This document shows positions 11,263 to 25,122 of a DNA stretch of 64,000 nucleotides, piece by piece. This stretch comes from Azolla caroliniana (Eukaryota > Plantae > Polypodiophyta). The stretch spans positions 1 to 64,000 of the forward strand of contig JBHGNT010000118.1 in assembly GCA_043228905.1 (NCBI GenBank). Direction: 5' to 3'. Made by a program: the position numbers and the translations under genes. Positions within the stretch are counted from its first letter, which is position 1, and every line of letters begins with the position of its first letter. The notes under the pieces were generated by a model. The model saw nothing but the letters and a program-made list of their open reading frames with translations. It was not told where the DNA came from and did no database searches.

Positions 11263-12730
11263 GCGGATGACTTGAAAGCCAAAGAGAGATAAAGAATTCA
11301 AAGAGAACGACGCGAGAGCTCTTGCTTATTTCTCCATGTTAATCTACTCGAGAAGCCATGGAAACGTTGTAAACAAGGTCGAGGTTAGCAAATGGAGCGT
11401 GAACAACCCGAGCATGAGCACGGCGGGTGGCCTCGTTAAGTAGTATGGATGTTCCTACCTACTCGGCGCACGTCAATGTGTCTGCCTCGTTCGTTCTTGC
11501 TACGGACTTGGAGCGGGAGAACACCCTCTTGTGGGCAACGCGAGAGAGAGGGCGACCTGATTATTCTTGAGCATGGCGACATACCACATTGGCTCGCTAG
11601 GAAACCGTCTTCCTCACCTTGGCGCGTCGAGGCCTTGTGTCACCCGTTGGACTCGGGTCGCCGCTTCTATGGTTGCACCGAACTGGGAAAATGATCGACG
11701 ATAGTTTCACACCAGTTTCCGTTCCCTTTCGGGAACCCTCAAACGCTATATGGTACGTGCCACAAACCTCGGGAAGCGACCCCCCCTCGAAACTAGGTCA
11801 TACGGCCTCCAGCCCGATGACGTGCGGACGTGGAAGGTTTGTCGACTAGCAAACAACCCGAGCCTTGCAGCATTCCGAGAACGTTGTCATTCGTTACAGC
11901 GAGGACCTTCCTGTTTCTTCTCCGTTGACGTTGCATTGGAAAGGAAAGGGGAACAAGAGAACGCATTTCAACCGTTTTGTTTTGATCAGGGGTTGTTGGT
12001 GCGCGTCATTTGGCTCACGCTAAATCTCAAAGGCTGCAGCTAGAGTTTTGACGATGTTAAAAGGTGGTTACGTATCCCACCGATCTATGGCTTTGTTCGG
12101 TAAAACCTGCAAGGCGAGACGATGTTGCCAGGATGTTTGGTCGGGAAGACGAGTCCGCAACCTTGGATGGATTGGTAGATGGAGGGTAAATTGCACCAAC
12201 ATTGTCAACGGTAAGTTCTAACGTGTTGCATTGAACGTCGTGCCGTAACGGCTCCCGTCGAAAGCAAAAGAAAGACGTGAAAGAGAGCATCAAGTCTGAT
12301 GCGCGGTTGCGGGGAATGTTGCAGCGTGGTTGGAATTCTCAATTGCGGTTTCCGTCCAAGGTGCTCATACGTACAACCGTAATGCGTGGTCTTCCTCTGC
12401 GTTATTCCAGGTGACACGAGTCTCGAGTAAGCGTCGGTCATTCCCAAGAACTTGAACCGCAGATTTGACCAGTAAGCGAGCAGATACCTATTACATCCGA
12501 CTTTGACGTGATCGCCAAATGTATTCGGAAGCCCCAAGTAAGGCACCGTCATGGCGGTCACTTCGCAGGCTCATTCCTCTTAACCTTCCACACGTGCGCG
12601 GTTAGCAATCCCTAAAGAACTCCTCGAACGAAGCTCGGGCGGTAACGTCTTGAATAAGGACCCACGCAAGGAGGCGAGGGAAACAAGATCGTAGCGGTGG
12701 TTTTGACGTACAGCTAATTCAACCGCGCGG

Positions 12731-12802
12731 TATCAGAGCGAGGTTTCGATCCTCGGACCTGTGGGTTATGGGCCCACCACGCTTCCGCTGCGCCACTCTG
12801 AT
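12731..12802 (-). tRNA. tRNA-iMet: Initiator tRNA-Met (CAT), copy 9
   Basis: Same sequence as copy 1. Confidence 0.97.
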
Positions 12803-14270
12803 GCGGATGACTTGAAAGCCAAAGAGAGATAAAGAATTCAAAGAGAACGACGCGAGAGCTCTTGCTTATTTCTCCATGTTAATCTACTCGAGAAGCCATG
12901 GAAACGTTGTAAACAAGGTCGAGGTTAGCAAATGGAGCGTGAACAACCCGAGCATGAGCACGGCGGGTGGCCTCGTTAAGTAGTATGGATGTTCCTACCT
13001 ACTCGGCGCACGTCAATGTGTCTGCCTCGTTCGTTCTTGCTACGGACTTGGAGCGGGAGAACACCCTCTTGTGGGCAACGCGAGAGAGAGGGCGACCTGA
13101 TTATTCTTGAGCATGGCGACATACCACATTGGCTCGCTAGGAAACCGTCTTCCTCACCTTGGCGCGTCGAGGCCTTGTGTCACCCGTTGGACTCGGGTCG
13201 CCGCTTCTATGGTTGCACCGAACTGGGAAAATGATCGACGATAGTTTCACACCAGTTTCCGTTCCCTTTCGGGAACCCTCAAACGCTATATGGTACGTGC
13301 CACAAACCTCGGGAAGCGACCCCCCCTCGAAACTAGGTCATACGGCCTCCAGCCCGATGACGTGCGGACGTGGAAGGTTTGTCGACTAGCAAACAACCCG
13401 AGCCTTGCAGCATTCCGAGAACGTTGTCATTCGTTACAGCGAGGACCTTCCTGTTTCTTCTCCGTTGACGTTGCATTGGAAAGGAAAGGGGAACAAGAGA
13501 ACGCATTTCAACCGTTTTGTTTTGATCAGGGGTTGTTGGTGCGCGTCATTTGGCTCACGCTAAATCTCAAAGGCTGCAGCTAGAGTTTTGACGATGTTAA
13601 AAGGTGGTTACGTATCCCACCGATCTATGGCTTTGTTCGGTAAAACCTGCAAGGCGAGACGATGTTGCCAGGATGTTTGGTCGGGAAGACGAGTCCGCAA
13701 CCTTGGATGGATTGGTAGATGGAGGGTAAATTGCACCAACATTGTCAACGGTAAGTTCTAACGTGTTGCATTGAACGCCGTGCCGTAACGGCTCCCGTCG
13801 AAAGCAAAAGAAAGACGTGAAAGAGAGCATCAAGTCTGATGCGCGGTTGCGGGGAATGTTGCAGCGTGGTTGGAATTCTCAATTGCGGTTTCCGTCCAAG
13901 GTGCTCATACGTACAACCGTAATGCGTGGTCTTCCTCTGCGTTATTCCAGGTGACACGAGTCTCGAGTAAGCGTCGGTCATTCCCAAGAACTTGAACCGC
14001 AGATTTGACCAGTAAGCGAGCAGATACCTATTACATCCGACTTTGACGTGATCGCCAAATGTATTCGGAAGCCCCAAGTAAGGCACCGTCATGGCAGTCA
14101 CTTCGCAGGCTCATTCCTCTTAACCTTCCACACGTGCGCGGTTAGCAATCCCTAAAGAACTCCTCGAACGAAGCTCGGGCGGTAACGTCTTGAATAAGGA
14201 CCCACGCAAGGAGGCGAGGGAAACAAGATCGTAGCGGTGGTTTTGACGTACAGCTAATTCAACCGCGCGG

Positions 14271-14342
14271 TATCAGAGCGAGGTTTCGATCCTCGGACCT
14301 GTGGGTTATGGGCCCACCACGCTTCCGCTGCGCCACTCTGAT
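14271..14342 (-). tRNA. tRNA-iMet: Initiator tRNA-Met (CAT), copy 10
   Basis: Same sequence as copy 1. Confidence 0.97.
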
Positions 14343-15810
14343 GCGGATGACTTGAAAGCCAAAGAGAGATAAAGAATTCAAAGAGAACGACGCGAGAGCT
14401 CTTGCTTATTTCTCCATGTTAATCTACTCGAGAAGCCATGGAAACGTTGTAAACAAGGTCGAGGTTAGCAAATGGAGCGTGAACAACCCGAGCATGAGCA
14501 CGGCGGGTGGCCTCGTTAAGTAGTATGGATGTTCCTACCTACTCGGCGCACGTCAATGTGTCTGCCTCGTTCGTTCTTGCTACGGACTTGGAGCGGGAGA
14601 ACACCCTCTTGTGGGCAACGCGAGAGAGAGGGCGACCTGATTATTCTTGAGCATGGCGACATACCACATTGGCTCGCTAGGAAACCGTCTTCCTCACCTT
14701 GGCGCGTCGAGGCCTTGTGTCACCCGTTGGACTCGGGTCGCCGCTTCTATGGTTGCACCGAACTGGGAAAATGATCGACGATAGTTTCACACCAGTTTCC
14801 GTTCCCTTTCGGGAACCCTCAAACGCTATATGGTACGTGCCACAAACCTCGGGAAGCGACCCCCCCTCGAAACTAGGTCATACGGCCTCCAGCCCGATGA
14901 CGTGCGGACGTGGAAGGTTTGTCGACTAGCAAACAACCCGAGCCTTGCAGCATTCCGAGAACGTTGTCATTCGTTACAGCGAGGACCTTCCTGTTTCTTC
15001 TCCGTTGACGTTGCATTGGAAAGGAAAGGGGAACAAGAGAACGCATTTCAACCGTTTTGTTTTGATCAGGGGTTGTTGGTGCGCGTCATTTGGCTCACGC
15101 TAAATCTCAAAGGCTGCAGCTAGAGTTTTGACGATGTTAAAAGGTGGTTACGTATCCCACCGATCTATGGCTTTGTTCGGTAAAACCTGCAAGGCGAGAC
15201 GATGTTGCCAGGATGTTTGGTCGGGAAGACGAGTCCGCAACCTTGGATGGATTGGTAGATGGAGGGTAAATTGCACCAACATTGTCAACGGTAAGTTCTA
15301 ACGTGTTGCATTGAACGCCGTGCCGTAACGGCTCCCGTCGAAAGCAAAAGAAAGACGTGAAAGAGAGCATCAAGTCTGATGCGCGGTTGCGGGGAATGTT
15401 GCAGCGTGGTTGGAATTCTCAATTGCGGTTTCCGTCCAAGGTGCTCATACGTACAACCGTAATGCGTGGTCTTCCTCTGCGTTATTCCAGGTGACACGAG
15501 TCTCGAGTAAGCGTCGGTCATTCCCAAGAACTTGAACCGCAGATTTGACCAGTAAGCGAGCAGATACCTATTACATCCGACTTTGACGTGATCGCCAAAT
15601 GTATTCGGAAGCCCCAAGTAAGGCACCGTCATGGCAGTCACTTCGCAGGCTCATTCCTCTTAACCTTCCACACGTGCGCGGTTAGCAATCCCTAAAGAAC
15701 TCCTCGAACGAAGCTCGGGCGGTAACGTCTTGAATAAGGACCCACGCAAGGAGGCGAGGGAAACAAGATCGTAGCGGTGGTTTTGACGTACAGCTAATTC
15801 AACCGCGCGG

Positions 15811-15882
15811 TATCAGAGCGAGGTTTCGATCCTCGGACCTGTGGGTTATGGGCCCACCACGCTTCCGCTGCGCCACTCTGAT
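15811..15882 (-). tRNA. tRNA-iMet: Initiator tRNA-Met (CAT), copy 11
   Basis: Same sequence as copy 1. Confidence 0.97.
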
Positions 15883-17350
15883 GCGGATGACTTGAAAGCC
15901 AAAGAGAGATAAAGAATTCAAAGAGAACGACGCGAGAGCTCTTGCTTATTTCTCCATGTTAATCTACTCGAGAAGCCATGGAAACGTTGTAAACAAGGTC
16001 GAGGTTAGCAAATGGAGCGTGAACAACCCGAGCATGAGCACGGCGGGTGGCCTCGTTAAGTAGTATGGATGTTCCTACCTACTCGGCGCACGTCAATGTG
16101 TCTGCCTCGTTCGTTCTTGCTACGGACTTGGAGCGGGAGAACACCCTCTTGTGGGCAACGCGAGAGAGAGGGCGACCTGATTATTCTTGAGCATGGCGAC
16201 ATACCACATTGGCTCGCTAGGAAACCGTCTTCCTCACCTTGGCGCGTCGAGGCCTTGTGTCACCCGTTGGACTCGGGTCGCCGCTTCTATGGTTGCACCG
16301 AACTGGGAAAATGATCGACGATAGTTTCACACCAGTTTCCGTTCCCTTTCGGGAACCCTCAAACGCTATATGGTACGTGCCACAAACCTCGGGAAGCGAC
16401 CCCCCCTCGAAACTAGGTCATACGGCCTCCAGCCCGATGACGTGCGGACGTGGAAGGTTTGTCGACTAGCAAACAACCCGAGCCTTGCAGCATTCCGAGA
16501 ACGTTGTCATTCGTTACAGCGAGGACCTTCCTGTTTCTTCTCCGTTGACGTTGCATTGGAAAGGAAAGGGGAACAAGAGAACGCATTTCAACCGTTTTGT
16601 TTTGATCAGGGGTTGTTGGTGCGCGTCATTTGGCTCACGCTAAATCTCAAAGGCTGCAGCTAGAGTTTTGACGATGTTAAAAGGTGGTTACGTATCCCAC
16701 CGATCTATGGCTTTGTTCGGTAAAACCTGCAAGGCGAGACGATGTTGCCAGGATGTTTGGTCGGGAAGACGAGTCCGCAACCTTGGATGGATTGGTAGAT
16801 GGAGGGTAAATTGCACCAACATTGTCAACGGTAAGTTCTAACGTGTTGCATTGAACGCCGTGCCGTAACGGCTCCCGTCGAAAGCAAAAGAAAGACGTGA
16901 AAGAGAGCATCAAGTCTGATGCGCGGTTGCGGGGAATGTTGCAGCGTGGTTGGAATTCTCAATTGCGGTTTCCGTCCAAGGTGCTCATACGTACAACCGT
17001 AATGCGTGGTCTTCCTCTGCGTTATTCCAGGTGACACGAGTCTCGAGTAAGCGTCGGTCATTCCCAAGAACTTGAACCGCAGATTTGACCAGTAAGCGAG
17101 CAGATACCTATTACATCCGACTTTGACGTGATCGCCAAATGTATTCGGAAGCCCCAAGTAAGGCACCGTCATGGCAGTCACTTCGCAGGCTCATTCCTCT
17201 TAACCTTCCACACGTGCGCGGTTAGCAATCCCTAAAGAACTCCTCGAACGAAGCTCGGGCGGTAACGTCTTGAATAAGGACCCACGCAAGGAGGCGAGGG
17301 AAACAAGATCGTAGCGGTGGTTTTGACGTACAGCTAATTCAACCGCGCGG

Positions 17351-17422
17351 TATCAGAGCGAGGTTTCGATCCTCGGACCTGTGGGTTATGGGCCCACCAC
17401 GCTTCCGCTGCGCCACTCTGAT
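17351..17422 (-). tRNA. tRNA-iMet: Initiator tRNA-Met (CAT), copy 12
   Basis: Same sequence as copy 1. Confidence 0.97.
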
Positions 17423-18890
17423 GCGGATGACTTGAAAGCCAAAGAGAGATAAAGAATTCAAAGAGAACGACGCGAGAGCTCTTGCTTATTTCTCCATGTT
17501 AATCTACTCGAGAAGCCATGGAAACGTTGTAAACAAGGTCGAGGTTAGCAAATGGAGCGTGAACAACCCGAGCATGAGCACGGCGGGTGGCCTCGTTAAG
17601 TAGTATGGATGTTCCTACCTACTCGGCGCACGTCAATGTGTCTGCCTCGTTCGTTCTTGCTACGGACTTGGAGCGGGAGAACACCCTCTTGTGGGCAACG
17701 CGAGAGAGAGGGCGACCTGATTATTCTTGAGCATGGCGACATACCACATTGGCTCGCTAGGAAACCGTCTTCCTCACCTTGGCGCGTCGAGGCCTTGTGT
17801 CACCCGTTGGACTCGGGTCGCCGCTTCTATGGTTGCACCGAACTGGGAAAATGATCGACGATAGTTTCACACCAGTTTCCGTTCCCTTTCGGGAACCCTC
17901 AAACGCTATATGGTACGTGCCACAAACCTCGGGAAGCGACCCCCCCTCGAAACTAGGTCATACGGCCTCCAGCCCGATGACGTGCGGACGTGGAAGGTTT
18001 GTCGACTAGCAAACAACCCGAGCCTTGCAGCATTCCGAGAACGTTGTCATTCGTTACAGCGAGGACCTTCCTGTTTCTTCTCCGTTGACGTTGCATTGGA
18101 AAGGAAAGGGGAACAAGAGAACGCATTTCAACCGTTTTGTTTTGATCAGGGGTTGTTGGTGCGCGTCATTTGGCTCACGCTAAATCTCAAAGGCTGCAGC
18201 TAGAGTTTTGACGATGTTAAAAGGTGGTTACGTATCCCACCGATCTATGGCTTTGTTCGGTAAAACCTGCAAGGCGAGACGATGTTGCCAGGATGTTTGG
18301 TCGGGAAGACGAGTCCGCAACCTTGGATGGATTGGTAGATGGACGGTAAATTGCACCAACATTGTCAACGGTAAGTTCTAACGTGTTGCATTGAACGCCG
18401 TGCCGTAACGGCTCCCGTCGAAAGCAAAAGAAAGACGTGAAAGAGAGCATCAAGTCTGATGCGCGGTTGCGGGGAATGTTGCAGCGTGGTTGGAATTCTC
18501 AATTGCGGTTTCCGTCCAAGGTGCTCATACGTACAACCGTAATGCGTGGTCTTCCTCTGCGTTATTCCAGGTGACACGAGTCTCGAGTAAGCGTCGGTCA
18601 TTCCCAAGAACTTGAACCGCAGATTTGACCAGTAAGCGAGCAGATACCTATTACATCCGACTTTGACGTGATCGCCAAATGTATTCGGAAGCCCCAAGTA
18701 AGGCACCGTCATGGCAGTCACTTCGCAGGCTCATTCCTCTTAACCTTCCACACGTGCGCGGTTAGCAATCCCTAAAGAACTCCTCGAACGAAGCTCGGGC
18801 GGTAACGTCTTGAATAAGGACCCACGCAAGGAGGCGAGGGAAACAAGATCGTAGCGGTGGTTTTGACGTACAGCTAATTCAACCGCGCGG

Positions 18891-18962
18891 TATCAGAGCG
18901 AGGTTTCGATCCTCGGACCTGTGGGTTATGGGCCCACCACGCTTCCGCTGCGCCACTCTGAT
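18891..18962 (-). tRNA. tRNA-iMet: Initiator tRNA-Met (CAT), copy 13
   Basis: Same sequence as copy 1. Confidence 0.97.
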
Positions 18963-20430
18963 GCGGATGACTTGAAAGCCAAAGAGAGATAAAGAATTCA
19001 AAGAGAACGACGCGAGAGCTCTTGCTTATTTCTCCATGTTAATCTACTCGAGAAGCCATGGAAACGTTGTAAACAAGGTCGAGGTTAGCAAATGGAGCGT
19101 GAACAACCCGAGCATGAGCACGGCGGGTGGCCTCGTTAAGTAGTATGGATGTTCCTACCTACTCGGCGCACGTCAATGTGTCTGCCTCGTTCGTTCTTGC
19201 TACGGACTTGGAGCGGGAGAACACCCTCTTGTGGGCAACGCGAGAGAGAGGGCGACCTGATTATTCTTGAGCATGGCGACATACCACATTGGCTCGCTAG
19301 GAAACCGTCTTCCTCACCTTGGCGCGTCGAGGCCTTGTGTCACCCGTTGGACTCGGGTCGCCGCTTCTATGGTTGCACCGAACTGGGAAAATGATCGACG
19401 ATAGTTTCACACCAGTTTCCGTTCCCTTTCGGGAACCCTCAAACGCTATATGGTACGTGCCACAAACCTCGGGAAGCGACCCCCCCTCGAAACTAGGTCA
19501 TACGGCCTCCAGCCCGATGACGTGCGGACGTGGAAGGTTTGTCGACTAGCAAACAACCCGAGCCTTGCAGCATTCCGAGAACGTTGTCATTCGTTACAGC
19601 GAGGACCTTCCTGTTTCTTCTCCGTTGACGTTGCATTGGAAAGGAAAGGGGAACAAGAGAACGCATTTCAACCGTTTTGTTTTGATCAGGGGTTGTTGGT
19701 GCGCGTCATTTGGCTCACGCTAAATCTCAAAGGCTGCAGCTAGAGTTTTGACGATGTTAAAAGGTGGTTACGTATCCCACCGATCTATGGCTTTGTTCGG
19801 TAAAACCTGCAAGGCGAGACGATGTTGCCAGGATGTTTGGTCGGGAAGACGAGTCCGCAACCTTGGATGGATTGGTAGATGGACGGTAAATTGCACCAAC
19901 ATTGTCAACGGTAAGTTCTAACGTGTTGCATTGAACGCCGTGCCGTAACGGCTCCCGTCGAAAGCAAAAGAAAGACGTGAAAGAGAGCATCAAGTCTGAT
20001 GCGCGGTTGCGGGGAATGTTGCAGCGTGGTTGGAATTCTCAATTGCGGTTTCCGTCCAAGGTGCTCATACGTACAACCGTAATGCGTGGTCTTCCTCTGC
20101 GTTATTCCAGGTGACACGAGTCTCGAGTAAGCGTCGGTCATTCCCAAGAACTTGAACCGCAGATTTGACCAGTAAGCGAGCAGATACCTATTACATCCGA
20201 CTTTGACGTGATCGCCAAATGTATTCGGAAGCCCCAAGTAAGGCACCGTCATGGCAGTCACTTCGCAGGCTCATTCCTCTTAACCTTCCACACGTGCGCG
20301 GTTAGCAATCCCTAAAGAACTCCTCGAACGAAGCTCGGGCGGTAACGTCTTGAATAAGGACCCACGCAAGGAGGCGAGGGAAACAAGATCGTAGCGGTGG
20401 TTTTGACGTACAGCTAATTCAACCGCGCGG

Positions 20431-20502
20431 TATCAGAGCGAGGTTTCGATCCTCGGACCTGTGGGTTATGGGCCCACCACGCTTCCGCTGCGCCACTCTG
20501 AT
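20431..20502 (-). tRNA. tRNA-iMet: Initiator tRNA-Met (CAT), copy 14
   Basis: Same sequence as copy 1. Confidence 0.97.
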
Positions 20503-21970
20503 GCGGATGACTTGAAAGCCAAAGAGAGATAAAGAATTCAAAGAGAACGACGCGAGAGCTCTTGCTTATTTCTCCATGTTAATCTACTCGAGAAGCCATG
20601 GAAACGTTGTAAACAAGGTCGAGGTTAGCAAATGGAGCGTGAACAACCCGAGCATGAGCACGGCGGGTGGCCTCGTTAAGTAGTATGGATGTTCCTACCT
20701 ACTCGGCGCACGTCAATGTGTCTGCCTCGTTCGTTCTTGCTACGGACTTGGAGCGGGAGAACACCCTCTTGTGGGCAACGCGAGAGAGAGGGCGACCTGA
20801 TTATTCTTGAGCATGGCGACATACCACATTGGCTCGCTAGGAAACCGTCTTCCTCACCTTGGCGCGTCGAGGCCTTGTGTCACCCGTTGGACTCGGGTCG
20901 CCGCTTCTATGGTTGCACCGAACTGGGAAAATGATCGACGATAGTTTCACACCAGTTTCCGTTCCCTTTCGGGAACCCTCAAACGCTATATGGTACGTGC
21001 CACAAACCTCGGGAAGCGACCCCCCCTCGAAACTAGGTCATACGGCCTCCAGCCCGATGACGTGCGGACGTGGAAGGTTTGTCGACTAGCAAACAACCCG
21101 AGCCTTGCAGCATTCCGAGAACGTTGTCATTCGTTACAGCGAGGACCTTCCTGTTTCTTCTCCGTTGACGTTGCATTGGAAAGGAAAGGGGAACAAGAGA
21201 ACGCATTTCAACCGTTTTGTTTTGATCAGGGGTTGTTGGTGCGCGTCATTTGGCTCACGCTAAATCTCAAAGGCTGCAGCTAGAGTTTTGACGATGTTAA
21301 AAGGTGGTTACGTATCCCACCGATCTATGGCTTTGTTCGGTAAAACCTGCAAGGCGAGACGATGTTGCCAGGATGTTTGGTCGGGAAGACGAGTCCGCAA
21401 CCTTGGATGGATTGGTAGATGGAGGGTAAATTGCACCAACATTGTCAACGGTAAGTTCTAACGTGTTGCATTGAACGTCGTGCCGTAACGGCTCCCGTCG
21501 AAAGCAAAAGAAAGACGTGAAAGAGAGCATCAAGTCTGATGCGCGGTTGCGGGGAATGTTGCAGCGTGGTTGGAATTCTCAATTGCGGTTTCCGTCCAAG
21601 GTGCTCATACGTACAACCGTAATGCGTGGTCTTCCTCTGCGTTATTCCAGGTGACACGAGTCTCGAGTAAGCGTCGGTCATTCCCAAGAACTTGAACCGC
21701 AGATTTGACCAGTAAGCGAGCAGATACCTATTACATCCGACTTTGACGTGATCGCCAAATGTATTCGGAAGCCCCAAGTAAGGCACCGTCATGGCAGTCA
21801 CTTCGCAGGCTCATTCCTCTTAACCTTCCACACGTGCGCGGTTAGCAATCCCTAAAGAACTCCTCGAACGAAGCTCGGGCGGTAACGTCTTGAATAAGGA
21901 CCCACGCAAGGAGGCGAGGGAAACAAGATCGTAGCGGTGGTTTTGACGTACAGCTAATTCAACCGCGCGG

Positions 21971-22042
21971 TATCAGAGCGAGGTTTCGATCCTCGGACCT
22001 GTGGGTTATGGGCCCACCACGCTTCCGCTGCGCCACTCTGAT
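21971..22042 (-). tRNA. tRNA-iMet: Initiator tRNA-Met (CAT), copy 15
   Basis: Same sequence as copy 1. Confidence 0.97.
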
Positions 22043-23510
22043 GCGGATGACTTGAAAGCCAAAGAGAGATAAAGAATTCAAAGAGAACGACGCGAGAGCT
22101 CTTGCTTATTTCTCCATGTTAATCTACTCGAGAAGCCATGGAAACGTTGTAAACAAGGTCGAGGTTAGCAAATGGAGCGTGAACAACCCGAGCATGAGCA
22201 CGGCGGGTGGCCTCGTTAAGTAGTATGGATGTTCCTACCTACTCGGCGCACGTCAATGTGTCTGCCTCGTTCGTTCTTGCTACGGACTTGGAGCGGGAGA
22301 ACACCCTCTTGTGGGCAACGCGAGAGAGAGGGCGACCTGATTATTCTTGAGCATGGCGACATACCACATTGGCTCGCTAGGAAACCGTCTTCCTCACCTT
22401 GGCGCGTCGAGGCCTTGTGTCACCCGTTGGACTCGGGTCGCCGCTTCTATGGTTGCACCGAACTGGGAAAATGATCGACGATAGTTTCACACCAGTTTCC
22501 GTTCCCTTTCGGGAACCCTCAAACGCTATATGGTACGTGCCACAAACCTCGGGAAGCGACCCCCCCTCGAAACTAGGTCATACGGCCTCCAGCCCGATGA
22601 CGTGCGGACGTGGAAGGTTTGTCGACTAGCAAACAACCCGAGCCTTGCAGCATTCCGAGAACGTTGTCATTCGTTACAGCGAGGACCTTCCTGTTTCTTC
22701 TCCGTTGACGTTGCATTGGAAAGGAAAGGGGAACAAGAGAACGCATTTCAACCGTTTTGTTTTGATCAGGGGTTGTTGGTGCGCGTCATTTGGCTCACGC
22801 TAAATCTCAAAGGCTGCAGCTAGAGTTTTGACGATGTTAAAAGGTGGTTACGTATCCCACCGATCTATGGCTTTGTTCGGTAAAACCTGCAAGGCGAGAC
22901 GATGTTGCCAGGATGTTTGGTCGGGAAGACGAGTCCGCAACCTTGGATGGATTGGTAGATGGAGGGTAAATTGCACCAACATTGTCAACGGTAAGTTCTA
23001 ACGTGTTGCATTGAACGTCGTGCCGTAACGGCTCCCGTCGAAAGCAAAAGAAAGACGTGAAAGAGAGCATCAAGTCTGATGCGCGGTTGCGGGGAATGTT
23101 GCAGCGTGGTTGGAATTCTCAATTGCGGTTTCCGTCCAAGGTGCTCATACGTACAACCGTAATGCGTGGTCTTCCTCTGCGTTATTCCAGGTGACACGAG
23201 TCTCGAGTAAGCGTCGGTCATTCCCAAGAACTTGAACCGCAGATTTGACCAGTAAGCGAGCAGATACCTATTACATCCGACTTTGACGTGATCGCCAAAT
23301 GTATTCGGAAGCCCCAAGTAAGGCACCGTCATGGCAGTCACTTCGCAGGCTCATTCCTCTTAACCTTCCACACGTGCGCGGTTAGCAATCCCTAAAGAAC
23401 TCCTCGAACGAAGCTCGGGCGGTAACGTCTTGAATAAGGACCCACGCAAGGAGGCGAGGGAAACAAGATCGTAGCGGTGGTTTTGACGTACAGCTAATTC
23501 AACCGCGCGG

Positions 23511-23582
23511 TATCAGAGCGAGGTTTCGATCCTCGGACCTGTGGGTTATGGGCCCACCACGCTTCCGCTGCGCCACTCTGAT
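23511..23582 (-). tRNA. tRNA-iMet: Initiator tRNA-Met (CAT), copy 16
   Basis: Same sequence as copy 1. Confidence 0.97.
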
Positions 23583-25050
23583 GCGGATGACTTGAAAGCC
23601 AAAGAGAGATAAAGAATTCAAAGAGAACGACGCGAGAGCTCTTGCTTATTTCTCCATGTTAATCTACTCGAGAAGCCATGGAAACGTTGTAAACAAGGTC
23701 GAGGTTAGCAAATGGAGCGTGAACAACCCGAGCATGAGCACGGCGGGTGGCCTCGTTAAGTAGTATGGATGTTCCTACCTACTCGGCGCACGTCAATGTG
23801 TCTGCCTCGTTCGTTCTTGCTACGGACTTGGAGCGGGAGAACACCCTCTTGTGGGCAACGCGAGAGAGAGGGCGACCTGATTATTCTTGAGCATGGCGAC
23901 ATACCACATTGGCTCGCTAGGAAACCGTCTTCCTCACCTTGGCGCGTCGAGGCCTTGTGTCACCCGTTGGACTCGGGTCGCCGCTTCTATGGTTGCACCG
24001 AACTGGGAAAATGATCGACGATAGTTTCACACCAGTTTCCGTTCCCTTTCGGGAACCCTCAAACGCTATATGGTACGTGCCACAAACCTCGGGAAGCGAC
24101 CCCCCCTCGAAACTAGGTCATACGGCCTCCAGCCCGATGACGTGCGGACGTGGAAGGTTTGTCGACTAGCAAACAACCCGAGCCTTGCAGCATTCCGAGA
24201 ACGTTGTCATTCGTTACAGCGAGGACCTTCCTGTTTCTTCTCCGTTGACGTTGCATTGGAAAGGAAAGGGGAACAAGAGAACGCATTTCAACCGTTTTGT
24301 TTTGATCAGGGGTTGTTGGTGCGCGTCATTTGGCTCACGCTAAATCTCAAAGGCTGCAGCTAGAGTTTTGACGATGTTAAAAGGTGGTTACGTATCCCAC
24401 CGATCTATGGCTTTGTTCGGTAAAACCTGCAAGGCGAGACGATGTTGCCAGGATGTTTGGTCGGGAAGACGAGTCCGCAACCTTGGATGGATTGGTAGAT
24501 GGAGGGTAAATTGCACCAACATTGTCAACGGTAAGTTCTAACGTGTTGCATTGAACGTCGTGCCGTAACGGCTCCCGTCGAAAGCAAAAGAAAGACGTGA
24601 AAGAGAGCATCAAGTCTGATGCGCGGTTGCGGGGAATGTTGCAGCGTGGTTGGAATTCTCAATTGCGGTTTCCGTCCAAGGTGCTCATACGTACAACCGT
24701 AATGCGTGGTCTTCCTCTGCGTTATTCCAGGTGACACGAGTCTCGAGTAAGCGTCGGTCATTCCCAAGAACTTGAACCGCAGATTTGACCAGTAAGCGAG
24801 CAGATACCTATTACATCCGACTTTGACGTGATCGCCAAATGTATTCGGAAGCCCCAAGTAAGGCACCGTCATGGCAGTCACTTCGCAGGCTCATTCCTCT
24901 TAACCTTCCACACGTGCGCGGTTAGCAATCCCTAAAGAACTCCTCGAACGAAGCTCGGGCGGTAACGTCTTGAATAAGGACCCACGCAAGGAGGCGAGGG
25001 AAACAAGATCGTAGCGGTGGTTTTGACGTACAGCTAATTCAACCGCGCGG

Positions 25051-25122
25051 TATCAGAGCGAGGTTTCGATCCTCGGACCTGTGGGTTATGGGCCCACCAC
25101 GCTTCCGCTGCGCCACTCTGAT
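25051..25122 (-). tRNA. tRNA-iMet: Initiator tRNA-Met (CAT), copy 17
   Basis: Same sequence as copy 1. Confidence 0.97.
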